Shown here in pieces: positions 1 to 10,700 of a stretch of DNA of 64,000 bases. Position 1 is the stretch's first letter, and each line of letters opens with the position of its first letter. The DNA comes from Eledone cirrhosa. Its lineage: Eukaryota. The position numbers were made by a program, and so were the translations under genes. The stretch covers positions 69,378,001 through 69,442,000 of the forward strand of contig OZ024742.1 of assembly GCA_964016885.1 (NCBI GenBank). The letters are read 5' to 3'. The notes beneath the pieces were generated by a model. That model saw nothing but the letters and a program-made list of their open reading frames with translations, was not told the DNA's origin and did no database searches.

Positions 1-107
1 TTCCGCCAAGGCTAACTTTACCTTTCATCCTTACTGAGTCGATAAAATAAAGCACCAGTAATACACTGGGATAATTGCTGGCCTTATGCCAAAAGTAGAA
101 ACAATTA
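1..107 (+). mobile_element. tRNA-derived SINE, 3' part (cut by window edge)
   Basis: Near-identical to the 3' half of the complete copy at 1600-1785 (ctttcatccttact..gtcgataaaataaagcaccag...gccaaaagtagaaacaatt). Confidence 0.85.
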
Positions 108-519
108 CTTTTGATGTATTTATCGAACCATGAACAATAAAGATAAATATAATATTGCTATTTATTGCTACAAGAAGTACAGATGTGGTAACATTACTAC
201 ATTATACTATACGTGGTGAAATGTGAATAGATTGTGATGAGAAAACAACAAATGAAACCTATTTCGGAAACATTCAGAAGGAGAGTGTAACCGATAAAAT
301 CAACTCCTTAGTAATTTTATCGAGCCCTAAATATCGAAGTTGAAGATTAAAAAAATGTTTTAAATAAATTTCACAAATAATTTACTTTCTTCTGAACGCC
401 GTTAATGTGATGATTGGACGAGAGGGATGTGACTAATTATTTTTGAAATGTAAATTTTGATGAAGCATTTTCTTATTTCCATGGATTGTTTCTATGAATA
501 CTTTTTTTTTCATTTTCAG

Positions 520-663
520 AAGAAAAATTATACGATGTATTTATTTCCTATAAATCTTCACCCAAAGACGAATTTTGGGTGAAAAACATTCTTTTTCCGA
601 AGATTGAAAATGACATGAGATTGAAAGCCTGTATCCACTTTCGCGATTTCATCCCTGGTGAGA
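520..663 (+). CDS. TIR-domain protein (Toll-like/IL-1 receptor-like), penultimate coding exon
   Basis: Acceptor ttttttttcattttcAG at 518-519; translates EKLYDVFISYKSSPKDEFWVKNILFPKIENDMRLKACIHFRDFIPGE (TIR box 1 YDVFISY, box 2 RDFIPG); phase-1 donor GTATGT at 664. Not in the ORF track because it has no start codon. Confidence 0.9.
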
Positions 664-1267
664 GTATGTATCCATCGTGTATTCCTTTCTCTGACAATCG
701 AATAGTGTTACCTTGGTGTAAGTAGAGAATATCCAGTATAATTGTATCATTGATGAACAACTTCTCTATGGATATGCTATCTAGAGGGCGTACTACATCT
801 TGACAACAATGAGTGACTGATTAAATGTCGAAACGACTGGTTATTAAGACATGATTTTCTAGACTATCATCCACATCTTATAGTAAGTAGTCTACACAAA
901 ATTTAGATCAGTTTGATATTTGACTGTCATCAAATGATTGTAAATAGTATAAATATACACTATTAAGATGGGTTTAACACTCAGAACAGATATAGCTTTA
1001 TTGTGCATGGGCGGTGTTTGCTTTGGAACGGTACATACAGTGAATTTGTCATCAGTCAGAACGTCTGTGTGTGAAATAGTTTTGACGATTAGATTAATGT
1101 CATAAGCATAACAGGTGTACAGAGGTATGCCTGGTACTGCTATATTTAGTTATCTATTATACATTAAGAAATTACTGCAATCCAATAAAGCATTATGTAA
1201 TTGTTCAGACAAATCTAGAAACCTATATAAAATCAATAAAATAATACTGAAACAAATATGACATAAT

Positions 1268-1370
1268 TGTTTCTACCCTCGGCGGGATTTGAACTCAGAA
1301 TGGAAAGGGCCGGAACTCTATGCGTCAAAGTATGGCGTCCGACCCTCTACCGATACTGCCAATCCACCGC
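1268..1370 (-). mobile_element. tRNA-derived SINE, internally deleted, with 20-bp TSD
   Basis: tRNA-like head joined directly to the last ~12 nt of the tail; TSD tgaaacaaatatgacataat at 1248-1267 and 1371-1390. Confidence 0.85.
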
Positions 1371-1599
1371 TGAAACAAATATGACATAATGCGAATCAAA
1401 CACTAGCACATGATATTAATAACGAAGTAAGATACATGACAAATGAAAGTAAAAGTATATAAACAAATAGATTACTGAGAATATTAGCTAGACGCTTAAC
1501 GTTTATAAATATTACTACTTGTATGTTAAACTTTGTATTTAATCTTAAATGCAGGTTAATTAACTCAGCTAAATCCCACATATTATTAGTCGGAAACGA

Positions 1600-1785
1600 G
1601 CGGTGGATTGGCAGTATAGGTAGAGGGACGGACGCCATGCTTTGCAACATAGAGTTACTGCCCTTTCCAATCTGATTTCAAATCCCGCCAAGGTTAACTT
1701 TGCCTTTCATCCTTACTGGGTCGATAAAATAAAGCACCAGTAATACACTGGGATAATTGCTGGCCTTGTGCCAAAAGTAGAAACA
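1600..1785 (+). mobile_element. tRNA-derived SINE, full length (~190 bp)
   Basis: A-box-like tggcagtataggt, B-box-like gatttcaaatcc (gagttcaaatcc in sister copies), central gcctttcatccttactgggtcgataaaat, tail gtagaaacaattatt; TSD attattagtc(g/a)gaaac at 1582-1597 and 1786-1801. Confidence 0.9.
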
Positions 1786-2000
1786 ATTATTAGTCAGAAA
1801 CATTTAGATAATATTAACGATAATATTAGTAAAGTCAGCAAATAATAATAGTGATGATGTTATCAGCTGGTTCTATAGTATCGATAATTAGTACATTTAG
1901 AGATTTACTAAATTCAATATTGTTGAGTTTAACTGTTAGTTATTCAAGTCACTACTATGCAGCGCACTAGAATTTGCTAAGAGGGTAGCGATATAAAAAT

Positions 2001-2178
2001 AATTGTTTCTACTTTAGGCACAAGGCCAGCAAATACCCAGTGCATTACTGGTACTTTATTTTATCGACCCCGTAAGGATGACAGGCAAAGTCAACCTCGG
2101 CGGGATTTGAACTCAGATCGTAAAGGGATGTAACTATGCTGGAAAGCATGGCGTCCGACCCTCTGCCGATACTGCCAA
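2001..2178 (-). mobile_element. tRNA-derived SINE, near full length
   Basis: Reverse complement of the 1600-1785 family sequence. Confidence 0.9.
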
Positions 2179-2724
2179 AAAAATAATAATGCCTGCTAGA
2201 AAACCCGGATTTTTTATACGAACTCTACCCGGATAACAAAATATAACCCCAAACTTTATTTTGACATTAACATGGGTTCATTTGACAGTGTAGATATAGG
2301 CAATCTTGTTGGACAATGTTTTAGATGAACTCACTAATAAATTTATAACTACACAATCCGGTTATCTGTAACAAAAACACTAAAGATCGCTCTATATATA
2401 AATTAAGAAAGGAAATTGTCCACACTTTTATCACTCTCAGCCTTAAAATAAATATAGGTATTCGCTTAAGTCTAGTTAACTTCGTTTCTGTTTCACAAAA
2501 TAAAAAGGTCCCATAAAATATCTCATATTAGAGTAGGATCAACATAATCAAGAGAAAGTTTTCCAGTCTCTTTTCTAGATAGGATATACTCGATACGGCA
2601 CCTCCCTACAAGCAAACGAATTCATATAGAAAATTACCTAAATTTTCATAAACAAGTACTTCTGTACCAACCAAATATAGTACTGGTTTAGTAAATATAG
2701 ACAATATCTTGCTATCAATATATG

Positions 2725-2896
2725 GTTGGTAGAGAAGCATTTGTTTAGGAGATTTAGAGCATATCTGTTAGCATAGATTTAACGCTAAGTTAAAATATTG
2801 TGTTAGATTAGTTTAAGGATGCACGAACTAAAGCGAGTAGCTAATTTTCTATTTGAATTTCGTTGGAAAATTCGTATTTTCTGGTATTTTAGATAT
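2725..2896. repeat. Left arm of ~170-bp inverted repeat (partner 3903-4072)
   Basis: tttaaggatgcacgaactaaagcgagtagctaattttctatttgaatt is matched in reverse complement at ~3940-3987; similarity extends ~170 bp with scattered mismatches. Confidence 0.9.
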
Positions 2897-2941
2897 GTGT
2901 ATATTTATCTACACATCATATATATATGTATACATATACAC

Positions 2942-2944
<3 letters not shown>

Positions 2945-3021
<77 letters not shown>
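2945..3021. repeat. (TA)n microsatellite
   Basis: Direct reading. Confidence 0.95.
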
Positions 3022-3024
<3 letters not shown>

Positions 3025-3094
3025 AAACAGCCCGAATTACGCCGTACAGTGTTTAGGCAACCACGTCACCTTTTTGTTCGACACTGACACAGAA

Positions 3095-3137
3095 ACGATG
3101 TACTAGTTTCAAGCTTATTAGCTATCGTCAGCATCGT
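3095..3137 (-). ncRNA. Minimal type-I hammerhead ribozyme motif (Penelope-like type)
   Basis: Minus strand reads acgaug-CUGACGA-u agcu aaua agcu u-GAAA-cuag-UA-caucgu: perfect 6-bp stem I, 4-bp stem II, palindromic ACUAGU stem III, GUA cleavage triplet. Confidence 0.75.
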
Positions 3138-3600
3138 ATACCTTCCTGCCAGATGGTTGAACGTCTGAAAGTATATACTTTCCTTATGCATATTAACGGC
3201 TGAGCAGCCTAATTTGCATATCGAGTGAGTTTAGACGGCCGGGCGCACCGAAAACGATAAATGGAATAGAATGAAACGAAATTTCATTTCTCACTCTTAG
3301 TACGGCAGTTACTTAAATGTAAGTATGCATGTATGTATATATATGCATGTAAGTATGCATGTATGTATATATATCCATGTATGTATACGTACATACATAT
3401 ATGTATACAGACGTACGTACGCTGAACATTTTTTCTCTTCGATTTATATGAAATTTGATATATTACAAAAAATAATGTTTTCCAATTGTTCATGCATTAC
3501 ATTTTACATTGAGTAATATTGAAATGCAGAGTTTTTCTCCATAAATTATTTCATTGATTTATAATCAATCATCATTTTCTTACAAAAAAAAATGTGTGAA

Positions 3601-3628
3601 ACGCAGCAAGGCGCGGGTAATTCGGCTA

Positions 3629-3629
<1 letters not shown>
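3601..3629 (+). mobile_element. Probable Helitron 3' terminus
   Basis: GC-rich cgcagcaaggcgcgggta followed ~8 nt later by CTAG and then T; 5' end not located. Confidence 0.55.
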
Positions 3630-3667
<38 letters not shown>

Positions 3668-3838
3668 AGAAATATTCCTGTACCAAAGCACAGCCACTAT
3701 TCTTACAACTAACTAAGATGTGTGCACTCTGAACTACGGGTTCCAGTATCATTACAGAAATTTCTCAGATTTATTGACTGGGTGAGGCGTGGACCGGAAG
3801 AGACCGTTAAGTTAATATCAACGATTTTCGTAAACCTT

Positions 3839-3880
<42 letters not shown>

Positions 3881-3902
3881 TTGTGTGTGTGTGTGTGTAT
3901 AT

Positions 3903-4068
3903 ATATCTAAAGTGCCAGAAAATATGAATTTCCCAAGCAAATTCAAATAGAAAATTAGCTACTCGCTTTAGTTCGTGCATCCTTAAACTAATCTAACAAT
4001 ATTTTAACTTAGCGTTAAATCTATGTTAGCAGATATTCTCTAAATTTCCTAAACAAATGCGTCTCTAC

Positions 4069-4072
<4 letters not shown>
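3903..4072. repeat. Right arm of ~170-bp inverted repeat (partner 2725-2896)
   Basis: Reverse complement of 2725-2896. Confidence 0.9.

Positions 4073-4143
<71 letters not shown>
4073..4143. repeat. (TA)n microsatellite
   Basis: Direct reading. Confidence 0.95.
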
Positions 4144-4144
<1 letters not shown>

Positions 4145-4454
4145 CAGTAAATTTATAATTTATAATAAACGAAGCCAAATTTTACATATTTAACTTAATT
4201 ATTTTATTTTACATTACTCCGGAGTAAAGAAACCAGCCTGCCTACTTCGTCGAGTGTTCCAATCTGCATACTGAGGTGTCGGTAAACAACCAACATATAC
4301 TAAATATATATATATATATATATATATATGCAAAAGTTTTATTTAAATTGTTGGGATACAACAAGCAAATATTTTTATAACTGATATAAAGCACTCGCCA
4401 AATATTTGGAGTAGATATACGATATTAATAAATGGAAACTATATTTATAAAACC

Positions 4455-4530
4455 ATATTTATTTCATTATATATATTTCAAGGATACCAAGTTACATTAT
4501 GGTATGCCTTCATCAGACAAAATACAATAT
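4455..4530 (-). ncRNA. Minimal hammerhead ribozyme motif (left palindrome arm)
   Basis: Exact mirror copy of 4671-4746. Confidence 0.6.
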
Positions 4531-4670
4531 ATAACAGTTTTATAAATAGACATTGACGTATCCCTTTAAAAATTGACCGTTGCTTTTGGCGGCCATCAGG
4601 ATAGATGGCCTCCAAAAGCAACGGTCAATTTTTAAAGGGATACGTCAATGTCTATTTATAAAACTGTTAT

Positions 4671-4746
4671 ATATTGTATTTTGTCTGATGAAGGCATACC
4701 ATAATGTAACTTGGTATCCTTGAAATATATATAATGAAATAAATAT
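4671..4746 (+). ncRNA. Minimal hammerhead ribozyme motif (right palindrome arm)
   Basis: auauuguauuuugu-CUGAUGA(4685-4691)-agg c auacca..loop..ugguau ccu u-GAAA(4722-4725)-uauaua-UA-augaaauaaauau; stem I 13 bp with two G-U pairs and one bulge, palindromic stem III, AUA triplet. Confidence 0.6.
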
Positions 4747-4781
4747 GGTTTTATAAATATAGTTTCCATTTATTAATATCG

Positions 4782-4838
<57 letters not shown>

Positions 4839-5244
4839 GAAGATATATATAAAGATACAAAGCTTAGCGTTGTTTTGAAAATTAGATAGTGAAATAGAGC
4901 TTCTGCCGTATTTTCGACTAAGTAAATTAGCCTAATAGTTGGAGTTATAAAAAAACCACAGAATGGAAAAAGGATGAGCATTGATGTACATGGGACACAA
5001 AACCACAAAATTAGCTTTTCAAAATGGCTGACTGAATACATATGTTTTTTCTCAATTTTTTTTTTCGTTCCTTTTTCTTCTCACTCTTAATCTTTCTATT
5101 TCATCTTTATTTACCATTCTATCTTTTGATCTATCATTTCAAGTCATTTAATAATATATTCCTTCACTGTACCCTTTCGTTTGCTGTTATTTCTATTTAC
5201 ATTTTACACACACACACACACACACGCATATATACATATATATA

Positions 5245-6551
5245 CAGGGTGTTCGGGATAAATTTGACAGTTTCATCAGGAAAAAGAAAAAGTGCTTGGT
5301 ATCTACAAAATTTATTTGATTTTAAAAAAATTCAATGGACAAGGAAATTACACTATTGTCAAAGAGTTTTACTCAAAATAACCGCCATTAGCGTCTATTA
5401 CAGCCTCAATCCGGGCCCAGAACCTGGAGCAAGCTGATTTTACACTTTCCCTGGGAAGGCCCTCAAAAACTACTTTAATTCTGTCGATTAACTGGGCTTT
5501 TGTAGTACTGGCACGGCAATTGGTGTCTTTCTCTACAGCGCCCCATACATAATAGTCCATCGGGTTAAGATCAGGGGAGTTCGGAGGCCAAACATTGGGA
5601 CTGGTGTAGTCGTAAAAATTGGCTGACAACCATTTTTGACTTTTCCCCGAGGTGTGGCAGGGGGCCGAATCCTGCTGCCATACATACGGCCTATTATTGG
5701 CTACCCTTGTTATCCAGGGCTTAACTACAGTAGTTAGCAATTCCACGTAGGCATCTGAATTCAACCTGAGACCTTGTTTGAAAAAATGCGGAGGCATCAC
5801 ATCACCCTCGGAGGACACACATCCCAAAACCATGACAGTTTGGGAAAATTTAGTCTGCATGACTCGAGGAGTGTTCTTTGGACTGTATGCAAGTCATCTG
5901 TTATTCTGCATGTTGTGTTTTTGATCTTGGCAAAACTTTTTCTCATCGGAAAAGAACCAGATTGTTTGTGCTTCAGCAGGATGTTTCACTTTGCTCAGAA
6001 GTTTCTTCGCCTTTGTCAGACGATTTTCGCGGGCCTTTTCTGTGAGAAGTTGACCTCTGCGACGCTTGTATGAGTAGTAGCGAAGGTCTTCATTGAGTGC
6101 AACTTTCATAGTAGAGGCTGAAACATTCAATTCACGCGACAAAGACCGAATTCCGATGCCAGGGTCCTCCAACACTTTTTTCTGCAGATTTTCGATGAAT
6201 TCTGCTGTGCGAGAGCAATCAGATCTTCTGTTATGTTTCTTTCTTCTAGCCACAGCCTCGTAGTCTCCATTGCAATTCTCCAGTTCATGCCGGATTGTTT
6301 TTTATAGTGTTCAGGGAGCATTGAGCAGCGACCATAATCTCCTTATTTTGATGGCCGGCGCGAATCATCATGATACAAGTTATTCTCTTCCATGATTCAG
6401 GTGGCTCCCAGTCATCCATTCTCGTTGTCATCACATATATGAATGAAGGAGGGTTTAAACTTTCAAATAAAGCCGAGTGGGCATGAATGAATTTAAAACA
6501 TCTGAAAAAACAATCAAATATTATTCTGTCAAATTTATCCCGAACACCCTG
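5245..6551 (-). mobile_element. Tc1/mariner DNA transposon, DD37D (maT-type), 1307 bp
   Basis: Perfect 26-bp TIRs cagggtgttcgggataaatttgacag (5245-5270, 6526-6551); TA on both flanks; internal transposase. Confidence 0.95.
5369..6431 (-). pseudogene. DD37D transposase, disrupted
   Basis: Motifs FSDEKKF, QQDSAPCH, SPDLNPMD with 37 residues between the 2nd and 3rd Asp; +1 frameshift in an A-run near 6300 and in-frame stop at 5894-5896. Confidence 0.9.
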
Positions 6552-6679
6552 TATATACTAAGTAAAGGTATCAACACACATTAAATATGTGTGATGATCA
6601 TATATATTATATACATATATATGTGTGTGTGTGTGTATATATGGAAATATGGGAATCTCATTTTCTTGTATATTTACAG

Positions 6680-6999
6680 CAATTTCCAACAACATCATCG
6701 AAAGTATCCAAAACAGCAGGAGGACGCTACTGGTACTCACCAATGACTATATACAAAGCGAATGGACGCGGATGGAGTACCAAGTCGCCCAGCAGGAAAT
6801 GTTAAAATTTCGTCACAGAATTATCCCAGTTATTTTCGATGATGTTAAAAATTTAGAAATCAAGGACAAAAATTTGAAATTTATCATCGAATCGGTGACC
6901 TATCTTGAGTGGCCATCCAATTCAAATTGCTTTCAGCGTCAGGCTATTTTTTGGGAGAATCTGAAGAAGATTTTACCTAAAAATGCCAAATGCATCTAA
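6680..6999 (+). CDS. TIR-domain protein, last coding exon
   Basis: ISNNIIESIQNSRRTLLVLTNDYIQSEWTRMEYQVA...YLEWP...FWENLKKILP (TIR C-terminal half, box 3 FW); stop TAA 6997-6999. Confidence 0.92.
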
Positions 7000-7679
7000 G
7001 TTCCATCCAACTTTCTCTAAACTAACTTCATTCAAACATTTCAAACCAGGGGCAGAGCAAGTGCGTCCGTGACATGTCTCTACGATTTTGATAGGGCCTA
7101 CACACTTCATGTTCTACTTCTGTTATTCTCATATTTGGCGTCAAGTATATCATGTACACAACATGTACACATATATACTCATAACCCATACACAAATCTA
7201 CTGCTTATAGCATTAAATGCTTTGTGAGCAATTTGAAATGTAGCCCACAGTTCACACGTATCCTATTGTCAGATATACGTGGGCAGCACTATTTCTCTTT
7301 TGCTTCGTGTAACTGCATGTGTGTTAGTGTGGAGGTTTACGTACGTGTGTGAATCTTTCTAAATATGTAGAAATATGTGTATGAGTTTATGTGTCTATGT
7401 GTGTTACGTGTGTGCGTATATAAAAGTGTATGTATATTTGAAAATACTTCTTTTCTTAAGCATGGCTTTTACTAATTTAGTGCAAGTGTGTATGGGTGAG
7501 TGTATGTGTGGTGGAATGGTGGTGGTGTGTGGAGGATATTGAGTTGGAATGTATTTTATTGTGCGTGTCATTTGACAAGTTTATACTTGTCACATTTTAC
7601 ATCCTGGTTAAAAAGCCTAGTTAAAAATACGCGTCAAGTCAAAGGTGATTATAAAACAACAGCTGCTGTTGCTGCTTCT

Positions 7680-7680
7680 G

Positions 7681-7767
<87 letters not shown>

Positions 7768-7781
7768 TTAATAATAATAAT
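7680..7781. repeat. (TAC)n-(TAA)n compound microsatellite; left edge of the retrotransposon array
   Basis: Direct reading. Confidence 0.95.
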
Positions 7782-10700
7782 ACTTTCTTTATTAACCACA
7801 AGGGTTGACACAAAATAGACATTAAGGACAGTACATGACGGTACAAATGGGTATTTCTGCGTGTAAAAAAAAAAGAACAGAGGATTTAACTAAAAAAGAA
7901 ACAATGAAAAATTCCCCAATAGGGGGGAGATTCCGAGGGACATTCGTGGAGAAAGCCCATTAAAGAAGCCACGGTGACCCTGACCACCAGGGCAAGTGCC
8001 CTCTCCCAGTTTTCCACCTTCAATTTACAGGAAAATACTCAGAGTAGGCCCATTCACACGGGCCATTCTTGCCTCTCTCACCCATCTTTCAACAAAATTC
8101 TGGGAAGAAAGCACTTCCCTCTCTACCCTGATTTTCCTTTTCAAATGAAATTTGAAAAAGTTAATCAGGCCATCACCTAAGAGGTAAGTGCTCGTCTTCA
8201 GCCCTTTCAAACGTGTCCATTATACTATCTCTTTCGCCATGGCCCCCAGACAGATAAAAACTGCACGCGACAGCAGGTGTTCGACATAAACCCACAAGTC
8301 AGCAATGCTCGGACACTGGACGAGTGCGTGCAGGACGGTTTCGTCGCCCTGCGCGCATCTCGGACATGCCCGGCTGACGGCACCTCCATGCCTGTAGAGT
8401 TTGTCCCGAACTGGCAAAGCTCCTCGGTAGGCCAGGGATTTCAGGAAATTGTCCATAGGCCCCGGCCCGAAAGTTCTTCCGAAGAGATTGGCTAGTTGAT
8501 TTTCGTCGACGCGTAGAGTTTCCCCAACTATGTCGTCGCTCTTCCCCTCCACCAATCCTCTATAGAACTCCAAAGTGGAGTCCACCGATCACATAGCCCG
8601 ATTGGTCGAGGGCTGTGAACGCCTGAAGACATTCCAGTCTCTAAGCGCTCTATCTCGGTCTTCGGTTGACCCGGGACTGCAGCTCCGTGAAGGAGACGAA
8701 CTGGGGAAAGACGCCTCTAGCAAACGGCGACCACACCTGATCACCGTCGAGGAAGAGGTGGAGATGTCGTAGCCTGAGCGCGTGTCTGCGCATCATCAGC
8801 CACGGCATTCCCAGCCCTCCACGTAGCGGGGGTTGACAGCAGATGGACCCCCTGACAATTGAAGCGCGTCCCTTAAACAAAATGCGAAATGCAAACGCTC
8901 CAGCGCAGTCAGGCGAAGCTTAGGACAAGACACGACGGTCAGGCGGTAGTAGATGACGGACGAGATGTACGCATTCGCCACCTCCGCTCGACCTTTCTCA
9001 TTTCTGGGTGAGAGAAGCCACTCTGCTCGTCAGCTCGTCCCAGTTTTTGTCCGTCTAGAGGTCCGGACCGAACCAGACGCCTAGTAATTTAACCGGTCCG
9101 TCCGTCCAGCGCCCGACGACGCTGTTGGACGGCATGGACATGCCTTTCCAGATGCCGAGCTGCAGGCCCACCGACTTTTCCTGGTTGATCATTGCTCCTG
9201 TCACCGCTTCGTATTCTCTTAGTGTAGTGACCATCGCCTCGATGTGTTTGGCGTTCGACACGACTAAGGTGACTTCGTCTGCATATGCTGACACGGATCT
9301 TCCGCATCCTAGTTTGCGCGGGACTCCCTCAACGTCTCCAGTTTGTGCAGTAATGGCTCGAGAGTCAATACGTACAAGAGGGACGAGAGGGGACTTCCTT
9401 GGCGGACCGAGCACATGATGTTGAACGGTTCCGAAAGGTGACCGTTCACTCTCACCACAGAGCAGATGTCGCTGTGCATGGCAGCGATCAAGCCTCTGAA
9501 GACGGGCCCGAAGCCAGCCGCCCTCAGGATTGCCGCCAGATAATGATAGTCGACCCTATCGAAAGTTTTCGATTGATCTAAATTGATCAAGGACCCACCC
9601 GTGCCAGGTTCCCTAGCTACCCTCTCCACGATGTATCGCATAAGATGGAGGTTGTCGTGGATGGATCTATCTGGAATGGCGCATGTCTGCGCCTCTCCCA
9701 CCAGACCACCAACGACAAGCGCCAACCTCTTTGGTAGCACCTTGGCCAAAATCTTGAACACTGTGTTTAGCAGAGTTATGGGCCTAAAATTATCTATGTT
9801 ATCCCCCTTATTCGGATCCTTTCTCAGCAGCACCACCGATTCTCGGCTCACAGAGCTGGGAATTCTCCCGTTCTGTTGCCAGTTGCAGTTGACGTCCGCC
9901 AAGAGGCCTCCGTCAAGTCTGGTATCTGTACGTAAAGTTTATAGGGCAGAGCATCTAAAACAGGCGATTTACAGCGGCTGTTATCGGATTTTCGCAACAC
10001 TCCGCCTCAGTGGCCGAGAGCCGCGGCAGTCCGTCGAGGTAGACACTAAAGTCCATCCCTCGATCCGGCCCGCCGCTGTGCCCGAACAACTGTGCGAAGT
10101 GTCGCTGAAAAGCTTCACACATTTGCCTGGGATCGAGTATCATGCGCCCGTCGTGGTCCACCAAAGACCGGATCGTGGCTTTGTTGCCACGACGCGCCTC
10201 CGCCACTCAGGCCCATTGAACGGCTTTCGTCCCCTCGTGTCTGAGAGCACGCACCCTAGCTCTGACAATGCAGCCTTCGTTCTTTGCATTGAAGTATTGG
10301 TCAAGGGCCAATTTCGCTGCAAGTACGTCGGTCGCGATGCCTTAGCTAAGCACTTCGTCTAATTCTCTAACTAGTTCTCCCTCTGCTCTATTTTTCTCTA
10401 TTGCTAAAGCCTTACTAAACCTAATGGTCTTTATTCTAATCGCTGTTTTCAGAGCAAACCACCACTTGTTGTTGACGATGGCCCTATCAACGCCCGCTTA
10501 ACTAGTTCGCTAATCCGGTCTTTTTATAGGCCTTGTGCGCTGGTAATGATGCCTTTAGCTTCCAGTAGCCGGGTCCTTGTCTATGAAGCCTATCTAAGTC
10601 AACTACACAGATCAGGAATTTGTGGTCCGTGTAGCTGACTATCTTGAATTGTGGACAGCCTATGCTAGACCTATCTATTTCCCTACAAAATACTCTATCT

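Larger units (their letters stand above)
4415..4786. repeat. 372-bp near-perfect palindrome (183-bp arms, 6-nt loop)
   Basis: Arms 4415-4597 and 4604-4786 compared base by base: one mismatch (4590/4611); loop aggata. Confidence 0.97.
664..6679 (+). other. GT-AG intron (phase 1) splitting the TIR domain
   Basis: GTATGT at 664 and tttcttgtatatttacAG at 6678-6679; splicing gives the in-frame sequence RDFIPGE-T-ISNNIIESIQNSRR. Confidence 0.8.

Noticed and set aside
1600-1690. Functional tRNA gene
   Set aside because: A/B boxes are present but there is no convincing cloverleaf, and it is the head of a multi-copy element with tail and TSDs
4205-4265. Possible further hammerhead remnants (minus strand here; also ~4895-4945 and ~12525-12575)
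   Set aside because: Hairpins with partial GAAA or CUGA-like words, but the core and stem I cannot be completed
2819-5041. ORFs rich in YI/HT repeats
   Set aside because: Translations of (TA)n and (CA)n microsatellites; no domain content
6625-6679. ORF-track start MCVCIYGNMG as N-terminus of a stand-alone TIR protein
   Set aside because: It lies in intronic (TG)n upstream of the splice acceptor; TIR boxes 1-2 are supplied by the exon at 520-663
9583-10362. Recurrent antisense ORFs in LINE copies (e.g. MIKDPPVPGSLATL.., MNCGQPMLDLS..)
   Set aside because: They recur only because the elements are repeated; they are shadows of ORF2 with no independent motifs
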